58,854 nucleotides of DNA, from the NCBI GenBank assembly GCA_020849375.1, contig JADLGJ010000087.1:1-58854 (forward strand), in the 5' to 3' direction. The translations under genes were made by a program, and so were the position numbers. The notes beneath the pieces were generated by a model. The model was not told where the DNA came from. It made no database searches and saw only the letters and a program-made list of their open reading frames with translations. Positions 1-9,161 of the stretch are shown piece after piece. Origin of the DNA: Candidatus Omnitrophota bacterium (GTDB lineage: Bacteria; Omnitrophota; Gorgyraeia; Zapsychrales; JANLHA01). How positions within the stretch are numbered: the stretch's first letter is position 1; every line of letters begins with the position of its first letter.

Positions 1-377
1 AAGTGGCGGACCATGCTGTAAAGGACTTCAGCATCGACCGGCCCGAGAAAACAATTATTCAAATAATATTCCCCACCCCCAGGGTTTTTATCCTTTGGGA
101 ATTGGTTGTATTCTGATGCGAATTTTTCGGAGAACATGCGCATCATTTCAACCTGTTTTGTGCGGTTCATGTCGATCCCGACTAATTGGGATTTTCTGTC
201 CCAGGTTGATTCGTTGAGATCTGCCAAATGCGGGATAGGGCTATAACAAAAATCGGGCGTAATATGCACGCCTTTCTTTTCCCACATCTCGAAATATTTT
301 GGATCAGCCAAAGGACGTAATGGCAGGCAGGATACCGCTTTACTATAAAAGTTCTTTACCGATTCTTTGAGGTTCAT
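1..377 (-). CDS. class I SAM-dependent methyltransferase, N-terminal part (gene runs off the window edge)
   Basis: This ORF is absent from the ORF track because it is open at the edge. My minus-strand translation from the ATG at 377 reads MNLKESVKNFYSKAVSCLPLRPLADPKYFEMWEKKGVHITPDFCYSPIPHLADLNESTWDRKSQLVGIDMNRTKQVEMM...VDAEVLYSMVRH, with no stop down to position 1. The HITP..YSPIP and GIDMN patterns resemble methyltransferases of sugar/O-antigen clusters as I remember them. The start makes an ATGA overlap with the stop of 374..931. Confidence 0.5.
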   Translation of the reverse strand, partial: MNLKESVKNFYSKAVSCLPLRPLADPKYFEMWEKKGVHITPDFCYSPIPHLADLNESTWDRKSQLVGIDMNRTKQVEMMRMFSEKFASEYNQFPKDKNPGGGEYYLNNCFLGPVDAEVLYSMVRH

Positions 378-931
378 TCGGCACCTGTTTTATTTGTAAA
401 TATTCTGGGTGGGATCGTGATCACGGAAGCTCCAGGGGGGACATCTTTCATCACGACCGCGCCGGGGCCGATCATCGCGCCGTCACCGATCGTGACAGGG
501 CCGAGAACATGACAGCCGAGCCCGAATTGAACATTGTCCCCGATCAGCGGCAACCCCGGGCCAGCCCCGATATCCCGTGGGTCATTGGGATTACTCCCGA
601 TACATGTGCGGCCAAAGATCGTGACATTTTTACCCAAGACGCAATCAAAGCCGGTCGCGACCGTATGAATGATGAGCAAGCCGTCCCCTGCCCTGGTCTG
701 TGGCAGTAATTCCGCCCCGGTCACCATTAAATTAAATAAAAAGATAAGGCGGGCGATCATTCTCCAGCGTTTGACGTAAAAATAATGCGCCCAACGGTAA
801 TAAAAGACGGCCATGAAACTGTTCGTCAAGAAAACATTGACCACATTCTTAAAACTGTGATGTAAGTGATAATGCTTGAGCAAACGGTCATAGTCGCTGT
901 GGATCAGTCGGCAGGTTTCTTTTAACGTCAT
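374..931 (-). CDS. serine-acetyltransferase-like (left-handed beta-helix / hexapeptide) O-acetyltransferase
   Basis: The 185-aa product has a CysE-like layout. YYRWAHYFYVKRW...TGAELLPQTRAGDGLLIIH is followed by hexapeptide repeats (IGDNVQFGLGCHVLGPVTIGDGAMIGPGAVV). The start makes an ATGA overlap with the upstream gene. Confidence 0.8.
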   Translation of the reverse strand: MTLKETCRLIHSDYDRLLKHYHLHHSFKNVVNVFLTNSFMAVFYYRWAHYFYVKRWRMIARLIFLFNLMVTGAELLPQTRAGDGLLIIHTVATGFDCVLGKNVTIFGRTCIGSNPNDPRDIGAGPGLPLIGDNVQFGLGCHVLGPVTIGDGAMIGPGAVVMKDVPPGASVITIPPRIFTNKTGAE

Positions 932-2454
932 TTAAGATCCCCTTTTAATTTGATCAGTGTCAGAGAGTGCTTTGGAATATCAATATCCGGCGAGTTGGAT
1001 GCCGGAATGGATTGTGCCTTGATATTGACCTGTTCCTGGCCGCTCTCATTGTTCGCTAAAATCGAGTCGGCAGCGATCCTTTCGACCTCGATGTCAGATG
1101 TTGATTCAAAATTGTTCACGTTTATCCTGAGCCGGACCGGTTGCTTAACATTATTGTTTATGACATAGATAAGGACTTGCCCATGGCTTTTTACCGCCAT
1201 GACCTTGAGGTCTTTTGACGGTGTGCTCTCAACAGGGATCATGGTCTTTCCCTGCGCCTGAGCATACAATTTATAAACATAAAAATTGGGGCGTTTGGTC
1301 TTCCCGGCGTAGAAGACGCCAAAGTACCAGTTGTCGAGGATGGACCAATACTGGGCCGCGCCGATGACGGGAGTGTTCAAGAATTCTTGCAGGGTATTTG
1401 CGACATACAAGGAACCGCCGAGAGACGCGACGTAAGCGTCGAACTTTGTGTTGATCCCGAAAAAGGAATTGAATTCCGTCACGGCAAATTTGATCGGCCG
1501 GTTGCCGATCATTTGTTTGAGCCATACAAAATCAGCGCGTATTTTTTCGATCGAAGAAAAGGTCTGTTTAAAAACGTCCTCGGTCGAAGACAGCGGGTTC
1601 CAAATAAAGCTTGGATAGTACGAGTTATGGATGGACCCGTAATTGATCAGGTCCCCGGCTTCTTTCAGCACGGCTTCGTTCCAGCCGATACCGTTTTTAT
1701 CGCGGTATTGTTTTTCAAGGTCCTGTCCGACGAATAGCGCTCCCAACGGGGCTTGCGGGTCGGCTTTGCGGATCGCGGTCGCGTATTCTTTGTATTGCTT
1801 GGCATATTCTTGTGATGTGAGCCGGCCGAATTTATTTTCGAGGTAGGGTTCATTCCCAACTTCCCAAAATAAAACTTTCGGATAATTATTTGCACGGATG
1901 GCTTCGTTGACATACTTGACCCACTCGACAGCTTCCTGTGGTGTCCCCGAGACGGTGTTAAGTGTAATGACCGGGCGGGCATTCAGTTTTTTACAAAGCT
2001 TGAGGAATTCGTCCGTCCCGAACGTTGACGGGATCTTTTCGGCCCGGTAATAATCCTGCCCCATCGGGCGTGAAGACATCGAGCCCACACCAAGTTTCCA
2101 GTGATAGGTATCGGCGTGAACACCACCGGGAAACCTCATGGATGTCGGTTTTGTTTCTAAAACAACTTGTAAGCGCTCACGGCTAAAGTCATTTGTTTTA
2201 GAGTCCCAAATGCTGTCCCCCCCGTCCACCCACTCAATATTATTCCCGAAGATGAGGTCATTGACCGGCTGGCCGCTCAAAGCAGCGTTTAAAGTTATTT
2301 CAAGCCCGGCAGAGGGACTCGTGGCCGTTTCATTCTGCGGCTGAAGGATATTTTTAAGGATCGTAGCTGATGTTTCTTGCACATAGTCACAGCTTGTTAA
2401 GCAAACTGCGGTAAGAATGAATACTGAAAATGCGATGATCTTGTTTCTACTCAT
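928..2454 (-). CDS. clan GH-A glycoside hydrolase lipoprotein (GH51/GH79-like)
   Basis: The 508-aa product has a signal peptide with a lipobox (LTAVCLTSC). It contains RFPGG..ADTYHWKLGVG and the acid/base-type motif WEVGNEPY, typical of (beta/alpha)8 clan A hydrolases. The family assignment is approximate. Confidence 0.6.
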   Translation of the reverse strand: MSRNKIIAFSVFILTAVCLTSCDYVQETSATILKNILQPQNETATSPSAGLEITLNAALSGQPVNDLIFGNNIEWVDGGDSIWDSKTNDFSRERLQVVLETKPTSMRFPGGVHADTYHWKLGVGSMSSRPMGQDYYRAEKIPSTFGTDEFLKLCKKLNARPVITLNTVSGTPQEAVEWVKYVNEAIRANNYPKVLFWEVGNEPYLENKFGRLTSQEYAKQYKEYATAIRKADPQAPLGALFVGQDLEKQYRDKNGIGWNEAVLKEAGDLINYGSIHNSYYPSFIWNPLSSTEDVFKQTFSSIEKIRADFVWLKQMIGNRPIKFAVTEFNSFFGINTKFDAYVASLGGSLYVANTLQEFLNTPVIGAAQYWSILDNWYFGVFYAGKTKRPNFYVYKLYAQAQGKTMIPVESTPSKDLKVMAVKSHGQVLIYVINNNVKQPVRLRINVNNFESTSDIEVERIAADSILANNESGQEQVNIKAQSIPASNSPDIDIPKHSLTLIKLKGDLK

Positions 2455-2483
2455 GGTGTTCCCTTCAATTTTCCCAGCGTTAA

Positions 2484-3686
2484 TTACTTTAATAATTCAA
2501 GCACAGCTTTTTTTATGTCGTCTTCCGTGATCGCCTTCATGCATTCCGATACGGTCGTACTGCCGTTACGGTGGCAGGTCCGTAACAGGCATGGGCTGCA
2601 TTCAAAATTCTTTGTGATCACCGCGGTTTTTTCGCGTAACGGCTTAAACCTTTCGGTTTCCGTTGGGCCGAACAAGACGACCATGGGGTTGGGCAGGTCG
2701 GTTGCCATGTGTGACAATGGGCCGTCATGGGTGATGATCAGTTGGCTGCGCTTTAATAAAACGAAAGACTCCAGTAAATTCGTTTTTTCGATCAAATTCA
2801 GGACGCGCTTTTCATTGCTGAATTCTTGGTCTAACCGGTCAGAAATTTGCGATTCTCCTTTGCCGCCGACGAAAATGATGACCGCATCCGGATTTTGACC
2901 CAAAAGCCAGGTTGTCAAAGTGCAAAATTTCTCAACGGGCCACAGTTTTAGGGCTTTGCGGGCCCCTGGCGCGATAACGATGATCTTGCGGCCTGTGAAC
3001 CCGTTGTCAGACAACAGCTTGTCCATTTTATTCTCTTCAAGTGGCGAAATATCGATTTTGCTGGACGTCCCGGTATTATCGATCCCTAGCGCGGATAAAA
3101 GAAGCCGGCCTTTTTTCAATTCATGCAAGTGGGGGTCAAAGGGCATCGGTGTGGACAATAGGTATGCCCCCCCTGACCGCTCAAAACTTAATATATGTTT
3201 TGCATCCGCCAAATACCCAAAATAAAAAATATGCCGGAAATCCGACCTGGGGTCGATCACAAGGTCATATTGAACGGCTTTTAATTTCTTGACCAATTCC
3301 CAGATCGCCCGGAACTTGCTGATAGCGCTATTTCGGACGCTCCCTTGGTCACTGCGGACCTCCTGGAACCACGGGGCATCAAAGACCATGATATTAGTGA
3401 GGTCCTTATTATATTTCAAAACGCCTTGCGACCAGCTTCCTATCACCGTATCAATTTGCGCCTGCGGGTACTTAGTTCTCAGGGCGCGGTAGATCGGTGT
3501 CGTGATGACAACATCGCCGATATGATCCATGCGGATCACGAGGATCTTCTTAAAGTCTTTTTGTTTCAGGTCCTCTTTAAACGGTGTTCTTTTACCGCAA
3601 AGCTTGGATGCAAGGTAAAAAATATAAATAAAACCATCAATGATCGCTGCGGCGATCCGTTTTTTAGGGTCATCGATCTTGTTCAT
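2484..3686 (-). CDS. glycosyltransferase family 9 (heptosyltransferase-like)
   Basis: The 400-aa product contains KILVIRMDHIGDVVITTPIYRALRTKYPQAQIDTV, the classic GT9 N-terminal motif. A C-terminal GPLSHMA-type segment is also present. Confidence 0.8.
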   Translation of the reverse strand: MNKIDDPKKRIAAAIIDGFIYIFYLASKLCGKRTPFKEDLKQKDFKKILVIRMDHIGDVVITTPIYRALRTKYPQAQIDTVIGSWSQGVLKYNKDLTNIMVFDAPWFQEVRSDQGSVRNSAISKFRAIWELVKKLKAVQYDLVIDPRSDFRHIFYFGYLADAKHILSFERSGGAYLLSTPMPFDPHLHELKKGRLLLSALGIDNTGTSSKIDISPLEENKMDKLLSDNGFTGRKIIVIAPGARKALKLWPVEKFCTLTTWLLGQNPDAVIIFVGGKGESQISDRLDQEFSNEKRVLNLIEKTNLLESFVLLKRSQLIITHDGPLSHMATDLPNPMVVLFGPTETERFKPLREKTAVITKNFECSPCLLRTCHRNGSTTVSECMKAITEDDIKKAVLELLK

Positions 3687-4630
3687 GTGGTTTTTACTCC
3701 TTGAAAGATCTGCCAGGCGACTTTTGTTAACTTAGCGCATTTATTCTGTCTATCGGCATACTTTATCCGTGAGAAAACAGATAAGGCCTTATAGATCATC
3801 CAACGGGACCCGAACCCGACAAAAGTGATCAGATCAAAGATCTTTCCCTGCCCTGGGCCGTGTATTTCCTTAAAGAAAGTGCTGGCGTTCGCGAGCGATT
3901 GATGGTCAACCTTGCTCGGGGCCGTTGATAAACTTTTGCCGTAAAGGTGGAAAATGTTCACCGTCGGGTCATAAAGGACCTTGCGCCCGATCTGTTTTGC
4001 GCGGTAACAAAATTCCATATCTTCCCCATACATAAAAAAATCTTCCCGTAACAGGCCGATCTCCGCCGTGAGGCTGCGCTTGAACATCAAAAAAGCGCCG
4101 CAAATCCAGTCAACATCCATCGGCTCTTTATCTTTTTGGCTGACATAGATCCCTTTTGTCAGAGGACCGCTTTTGAAAAGATCAGCAATAAAGGAATAAT
4201 GCCGCAACGCTCTTCCGATCGTCGGGAAGAAACCGCCTGCCCAGCGTTGAACGGACCCGTCTTCGTTTAACAGCCCCGGCCCGGTGATATCTGCTTGCCC
4301 TGAGCTTAATAAATTGGCCATATGGCCTAAGACATGGTTCGTGAGGATCGTGTCGGGATTTAACAAAAGAACAATAGGCGAGCTCCCCGCCTTGACCGCT
4401 AAATTATTCGCCTTGGCAAACCCCAGGTTTTCGTTCGGTTCAAGAATATGGACATTGCCCCATGTCGCGGTGATAGCCTTGACCTTTGTGACCGTATCGT
4501 CCTGGGATTTGTTATCAACAATATAAAGTTCATAAGCTACTTCTGGAGCATGCTCCGATAATGACTTTAAGCAGTTGCCGATATAGGACGCACTATTGAA
4601 CGTGACAATAATGATATCTATTTTGTTCAT
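3683..4630 (-). CDS. glycosyltransferase family 2
   Basis: The 315-aa product contains IIIVTFNSASYIGNCLKSL...YIVDNKSQDDT and later a GEDMEF (ED) motif. It looks rhamnosyltransferase-like within GT2. Confidence 0.85.
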   Translation of the reverse strand: MNKIDIIIVTFNSASYIGNCLKSLSEHAPEVAYELYIVDNKSQDDTVTKVKAITATWGNVHILEPNENLGFAKANNLAVKAGSSPIVLLLNPDTILTNHVLGHMANLLSSGQADITGPGLLNEDGSVQRWAGGFFPTIGRALRHYSFIADLFKSGPLTKGIYVSQKDKEPMDVDWICGAFLMFKRSLTAEIGLLREDFFMYGEDMEFCYRAKQIGRKVLYDPTVNIFHLYGKSLSTAPSKVDHQSLANASTFFKEIHGPGQGKIFDLITFVGFGSRWMIYKALSVFSRIKYADRQNKCAKLTKVAWQIFQGVKTT

Positions 4631-5256
4631 TATGCTTTTTCTTCGTGAAGCTGTGACTGATGTCCCGTTTCTTCGGGTGCACGGATTCGTTTGACTTTCG
4701 CCGGAATGCCGAACATAAAAGCGTAAGGCGGGACATCCTTTGTCACGAGTGACATCGCGCCGATAAAAGCATGGTCACCGACATGGACACACGCTAAAAC
4801 CTTTGAGTCAAAACCGAAGGTGACATTATCTCCGATTACAGGCCCGCCTAGCCAGCCCACATCCGAGCGTTGATCCCCGCTGCCTCCTAAAACAACCCGT
4901 CCATAAAAAAGAGCGTTCTTGCCCACCTTCGCGTGGATACCAGTGCCGATCACATGGACAATATGTGCACCCGGGCCGATCGACGACGGAGGCGTAATTT
5001 CACAAGCGAAAATGATCATATTCAGCACATAGAGGATCTTTGACAGGAAATGGAACTTCTTGCAATAAAAATAATGCGAGAACCGGTAGAGCACGAGGAC
5101 CATCATATTGTGGGAAAGATAACTCCAGAAATGGCTCATCGGCGTGATCTTTTTATTCATGAATTTTAAGCGCGTCACGCTGTCTTCATGGAGATCACTA
5201 AAAACTTTCTTGAGTGACATGTCCGGGGGAATAGCAAAATAATTTGTTTTGATCAT
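4630..5256 (-). CDS. serine-acetyltransferase-like hexapeptide O-acetyltransferase (second paralog)
   Basis: The 208-aa product has the same layout as 374..931 (LYRFSHYFYCKKF...EITPPSSIGPGAHIVH plus hexapeptide repeats). Its stop overlaps the next gene's start as TAATG. Confidence 0.8.
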   Translation of the reverse strand: MIKTNYFAIPPDMSLKKVFSDLHEDSVTRLKFMNKKITPMSHFWSYLSHNMMVLVLYRFSHYFYCKKFHFLSKILYVLNMIIFACEITPPSSIGPGAHIVHVIGTGIHAKVGKNALFYGRVVLGGSGDQRSDVGWLGGPVIGDNVTFGFDSKVLACVHVGDHAFIGAMSLVTKDVPPYAFMFGIPAKVKRIRAPEETGHQSQLHEEKA

Positions 5257-5281
5257 TTCTTTAGCCTTTCAGTGATCCTTA

Positions 5282-6262
5282 TCATCCGCGCATTTCTTTC
5301 TCGCTTTGCCGATATCCCTTTAGGAAAAGGTATTTATAGAGTTTGTTGTAAAGAAATACACTTTTTCTTTCATCCAACTTTTCGCAGGTTTTGGCTGCTG
5401 CGATGATCAGCGGAGCCGTTAGGTCATTCACGCAGATCCGGCGCAGAAGCTCTTTTAAGTTTTTTAAGCTCAGCAGTTTTTTCCGGTCGAGAAGGCTGTT
5501 GTAGCGGTCATTGAGAAGATCTTTTTCTTGTTCATTGCAGATTGTGATCCAACGGTAAAAAGATTTGCCGTAATTTACGGTTTTTTTGAGGTACTGGTCG
5601 GGGCTGCGGAAATGATAGTGATACGAAAATGCCGACGGCAAGAATTGGATCTTTAAGCCGCGGCGGGCTAAGCGGTAGCCTAACTCGGTATCTTCGAAAC
5701 CGGCCCCTTGAAAAGTTTGGACATTGAAACGGTCACTGCCCAGAAAATTTGCTTTGAGCGAAAAGTTCGCAGTCTGGAATCCTGTCCAGTTATAGAGCTC
5801 GGTTTTAAGATATGGCGTGCTGTCCCAGTTTTCAACAGCGTTCCCAAGCATCATCAAGGGGGTGATCGTCATGTCGAGGGGGTTTTTTAAGTCGCCAAGT
5901 GCTGCGGCGTACGGCTGCGGGTTTGTTTGGTGGAACTTTAGGTGTTCTTCGATAAAGTGAGTGTCTGGGATCGCATCCCCGTCAGAAAAAATGATGACCT
6001 TCCCTGTTGCCCGGTTGATCCCAGAGTTGCGGCTGTAAGCAGGGCCGCCGTTCTTGGGGTTACGGATAAAGATCACGGTCCCGTTTGCGATAAAGTCAGC
6101 TATTTCCTTTTCCGGATGGTCGGTCGAGCAATCGTCAATAACAATGATCTCAAAGTGGTCTTTTGAAACTGATTGTTTTAGAAATCCCTCGATAACCCGG
6201 CGGATGATATAAGCATTATTATATATAGGGCTTATGATCGATGCTTCGATGTTGTGTGCCAT
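5282..6262 (-). CDS. glycosyltransferase family 2
   Basis: The 326-aa product contains SIISPIYNNAYIIRRVIEGFLKQS...EIIVIDDCSTD and FSDGDAIP (a DxD-type motif). Confidence 0.85.
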   Translation of the reverse strand: MAHNIEASIISPIYNNAYIIRRVIEGFLKQSVSKDHFEIIVIDDCSTDHPEKEIADFIANGTVIFIRNPKNGGPAYSRNSGINRATGKVIIFSDGDAIPDTHFIEEHLKFHQTNPQPYAAALGDLKNPLDMTITPLMMLGNAVENWDSTPYLKTELYNWTGFQTANFSLKANFLGSDRFNVQTFQGAGFEDTELGYRLARRGLKIQFLPSAFSYHYHFRSPDQYLKKTVNYGKSFYRWITICNEQEKDLLNDRYNSLLDRKKLLSLKNLKELLRRICVNDLTAPLIIAAAKTCEKLDERKSVFLYNKLYKYLFLKGYRQSEKEMRG

Positions 6263-7699
6263 TTATGCTTTTTTCTTCGTTAAGAATTTTGAGAAAGACA
6301 AGAGTTCCTGCCCATTTAAATACTTGAAGTTAAACAAATACAACATAAAACACCCAAAAGCAAATAAAAATGCGATGAAAGGGTTGAGCCCCTTAAGGTT
6401 ATATCCCACAAGGGTTATCAGGATCCCGGAGATAAAGATCAAATAATTACATTTGATGACCTTCATGTCAGGATAAAGCGCGGTTTTGATATAGAAATAT
6501 TGGATGATCACGATGAAGGTTTCCGTTAAAACAGTAGAGATCGCGGCCCCGTAAAAGGAATAGCGCGGGATCAGGATCATGTTAAGAATGATGTTGACGG
6601 CCGCGCCCATGGCCGTAAAAAGAACCAGGCTTTTTTCTTTCTTGAACGCGAGGGAGATGCAATTCCAGGTGTGATTAATGAAGACCGGGATCAAGGATAA
6701 TGACAGGACCATCAGAATATCGCCGGCCTGTTTAAATTCTTTCCCAAAAACGATGGAAATGATCTCTTTGCCCAGAAGGACGGAGAACATCGCCCCGCAA
6801 ACTGCTAGAATAAGGATGAAGCGGACACTGCGCTGTGTCAGTTCATTAAACCCTTCCCTGTCGTCCGTGATCCTTTGGCTCATGGCGGGTAAAAGCGCAT
6901 TGCTGATCCCCGTCGGAACGATGATAAAAAAGACGAGGATCTTGGTCGCGACGCTGTATAAACCGGTGGCATGGTCGCCGGAATAGACATTCAGCATGAT
7001 GACCCCGATGGACACATAAATGACAATGAACAGGACGGAAACCGCAAAAGGCCAGCCTTTTTTCAAATAGGTGAAAATGTCGGCTGGTTTAAAGACATTC
7101 TGGATCTGCGGTTTGAGTAGCGTGATGATCAAATAGACGCTGATAAGAAAAATAGTTGCCGCGATGATCAGTCGTATGATGAACAGGTAGAAAAGATTAT
7201 TCGTCATGAGAACGCAGATAATGCTGGCCACCATGACCAAGAGTGCCATTGTCAGACGCATCACCGCCTCTAACGAAGCTTGCTGGTAAGCTCTGAAGAA
7301 TGCAGATGTAAAGTAGATATTGCTCAAGAAAAAGATACCGCAGTACCCTAAGTAAAGCAGCATTTTTTTTGCGGGGTCATATTGCGGCATCGTTTGCAGC
7401 CAACCGGCCATCAGCACCAAGGAAAAGACAAAGAGGATGATCTTTGTGGCCGATATTCCGACGAGATATTTCCCCGTATTTTCTTTATGCGCGGAAATGT
7501 CTCGGGAAACCAATTGGTCAAACCCGAAATGCGGAAGCAACGTAAATAAAGTCCCGACCGTGTAAACAAAATTCATCAAACCGTATTTTTCAGCGCCGAG
7601 AACGCGTGCCAGGACGATAAAACCTAAAAACTCAATGGCTTTACTGATGATCTCAACGACAGTAAGAATAACGGCATTCTTTGCAACAGTTTTACTCAT
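6263..7699 (-). CDS. wzx: Wzx-type polysaccharide/oligosaccharide flippase (MOP superfamily)
   Basis: The product is polytopic with about 12-14 TM segments. The N-terminus MSKTVAKNAVILTVVEIISKAIEFLGFIVLARVLG is typical of polysaccharide biosynthesis proteins. I moved the start to the ATG at 7699 (M19 of the tracked ORF), which gives an 8-nt overlap with the upstream stop. Confidence 0.8.
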   Translation of the reverse strand: MSKTVAKNAVILTVVEIISKAIEFLGFIVLARVLGAEKYGLMNFVYTVGTLFTLLPHFGFDQLVSRDISAHKENTGKYLVGISATKIILFVFSLVLMAGWLQTMPQYDPAKKMLLYLGYCGIFFLSNIYFTSAFFRAYQQASLEAVMRLTMALLVMVASIICVLMTNNLFYLFIIRLIIAATIFLISVYLIITLLKPQIQNVFKPADIFTYLKKGWPFAVSVLFIVIYVSIGVIMLNVYSGDHATGLYSVATKILVFFIIVPTGISNALLPAMSQRITDDREGFNELTQRSVRFILILAVCGAMFSVLLGKEIISIVFGKEFKQAGDILMVLSLSLIPVFINHTWNCISLAFKKEKSLVLFTAMGAAVNIILNMILIPRYSFYGAAISTVLTETFIVIIQYFYIKTALYPDMKVIKCNYLIFISGILITLVGYNLKGLNPFIAFLFAFGCFMLYLFNFKYLNGQELLSFSKFLTKKKA

Positions 7700-9140
7700 A
7701 GAGGGCCTTTTTGATGCTGTAGCGCGATGCCAGGACCAGTGAGCAAACGACAAAGAAAAGCAAGTAAAAGATCTGGACCATGAGGGTGAAGTCCACCAAG
7801 CCCTGGATCAGAGAGCCGATGATCCCGCAGACGGCGCCGATGCAAAAATTGCGCGCGATCGGATCGCTGGAGGTCCGGTAGGTCTTGACCCCGGCGAACA
7901 CGACCATAAAAACAAATATCAAGAATATCGCCAGAGAGATCAGTCCGCTTTCGGATGCGATCAAAACGAAAATATTGTGGGCCGGAAAACGGGCGCGGGT
8001 GACAACGTTGTGAGTATCATAAAACTCGAGCTGGGTTGAGAAATTATTTAACCCGACGCCGAGGTAGGGATGTTTTTCGATCATTTTGAATCCGGCTTCA
8101 TTGAGCAGGAACCGGTATGACAAGTTCGATGAGGGGCTTCCTAAAAACCGGCCAGTGAGTTTTTCCCAGAAACATGCCAGGAGCGCGATGAACAGCCCTG
8201 TATACATGTAAATGACAACGACGTTGTGCTTTTTAAAGATATCCTTCCATTTTGCAGCGAAGAGCAGGATCATCCCGATGACGAAACTGGAGATCGCGGC
8301 ACGGGAAAAAGTCAGGAGGAGCCCCAGTGTGCCTACGATCGAGACGAAGAACGAAAAATACTTAAATTTTTTGCTGATCTCGGAAAAAGTCAAACTATAA
8401 ACGATCGGTAATAAGAGGCAAAGGTACATCCCGAAAATATTTGAATGCTGCATCAAGCCGCTGACCCGCCGGATGACCTCAGAACTTCCGACGATACTTT
8501 GATTGTAAAAGTTATCCGCTTCCCCGAATAGCGATAACCCTAAATTAAGGCCCGTCACGTATTGGGCGACCCCGACCGATGATGAAGCAACGATCCCTAG
8601 AAAGAGCATGATCAGGACCTTTTTTAACAAGCTTGACGAGCGGATATTAATGCTTAAATAAATGATCGCAAAGATGGCCTGAAGGCGTTTTTTGAATTCA
8701 TAAAAACTTAAAATCGAATGCTGGGCGTTAACTGCGGAAAGTAAAAATATGGCGAGAAGGATAAAATAGACGGCAAAGAACAATAAAAGCCTGCGGTCAA
8801 ATGTTTGGGGTTCCTTAAGGCTGCGGCGGATCCAGAGCGCATAAAGGCAGATCAACAAAATATCAGAGAGGCCAAAACTAAAGCCGGCACTGGTGGTGTT
8901 CAAATGCAGAAAGTGCTGTGACACAAAGAAATTCTTGTCAAGATTGACACATAAAAACCCTGCGAATAGCAGCAGGACGATCTGTTCTTTGTCCGGCCAC
9001 GGAGCGATGAGAAAAAAAGCCAAGAGGGCTAAAAGTCCGGCCAACATCCATTTCATCCCCATACTTTCAAGGACTATTAGGACGGTCGGAATAAGTAAGC
9101 CGAAAAAGACAGCTAATGTGATATCGCGCCGAGTGAACAT
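7692..9140 (-). CDS. wzy: O-antigen ligase / Wzy-type polymerase family membrane protein
   Basis: The 482-aa product is polytopic. It carries a Wzy_C-like segment (LLTFSRAAISSFVIGMILL) and a large loop. Confidence 0.75.
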   Translation of the reverse strand: MFTRRDITLAVFFGLLIPTVLIVLESMGMKWMLAGLLALLAFFLIAPWPDKEQIVLLLFAGFLCVNLDKNFFVSQHFLHLNTTSAGFSFGLSDILLICLYALWIRRSLKEPQTFDRRLLLFFAVYFILLAIFLLSAVNAQHSILSFYEFKKRLQAIFAIIYLSINIRSSSLLKKVLIMLFLGIVASSSVGVAQYVTGLNLGLSLFGEADNFYNQSIVGSSEVIRRVSGLMQHSNIFGMYLCLLLPIVYSLTFSEISKKFKYFSFFVSIVGTLGLLLTFSRAAISSFVIGMILLFAAKWKDIFKKHNVVVIYMYTGLFIALLACFWEKLTGRFLGSPSSNLSYRFLLNEAGFKMIEKHPYLGVGLNNFSTQLEFYDTHNVVTRARFPAHNIFVLIASESGLISLAIFLIFVFMVVFAGVKTYRTSSDPIARNFCIGAVCGIIGSLIQGLVDFTLMVQIFYLLFFVVCSLVLASRYSIKKALYE

Positions 9141-9161
9141 TAAATATTTACGCTTCTGATA

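Noticed and set aside
1387-1737. Many 60-150-aa ORFs lie antisense to, or out of frame within, long well-supported genes. Examples are 1387..1737, 12833..13270, 16865..17248, 25018..25470, 34691..35197, 36444..36857 and 53575..53976.
   Set aside because: They are embedded in genes with clear family motifs. Their composition is low-complexity or biased (Arg/Ser/Cys-rich) and they have no SD. They are the expected shadow ORFs of a moderately GC-balanced genome.
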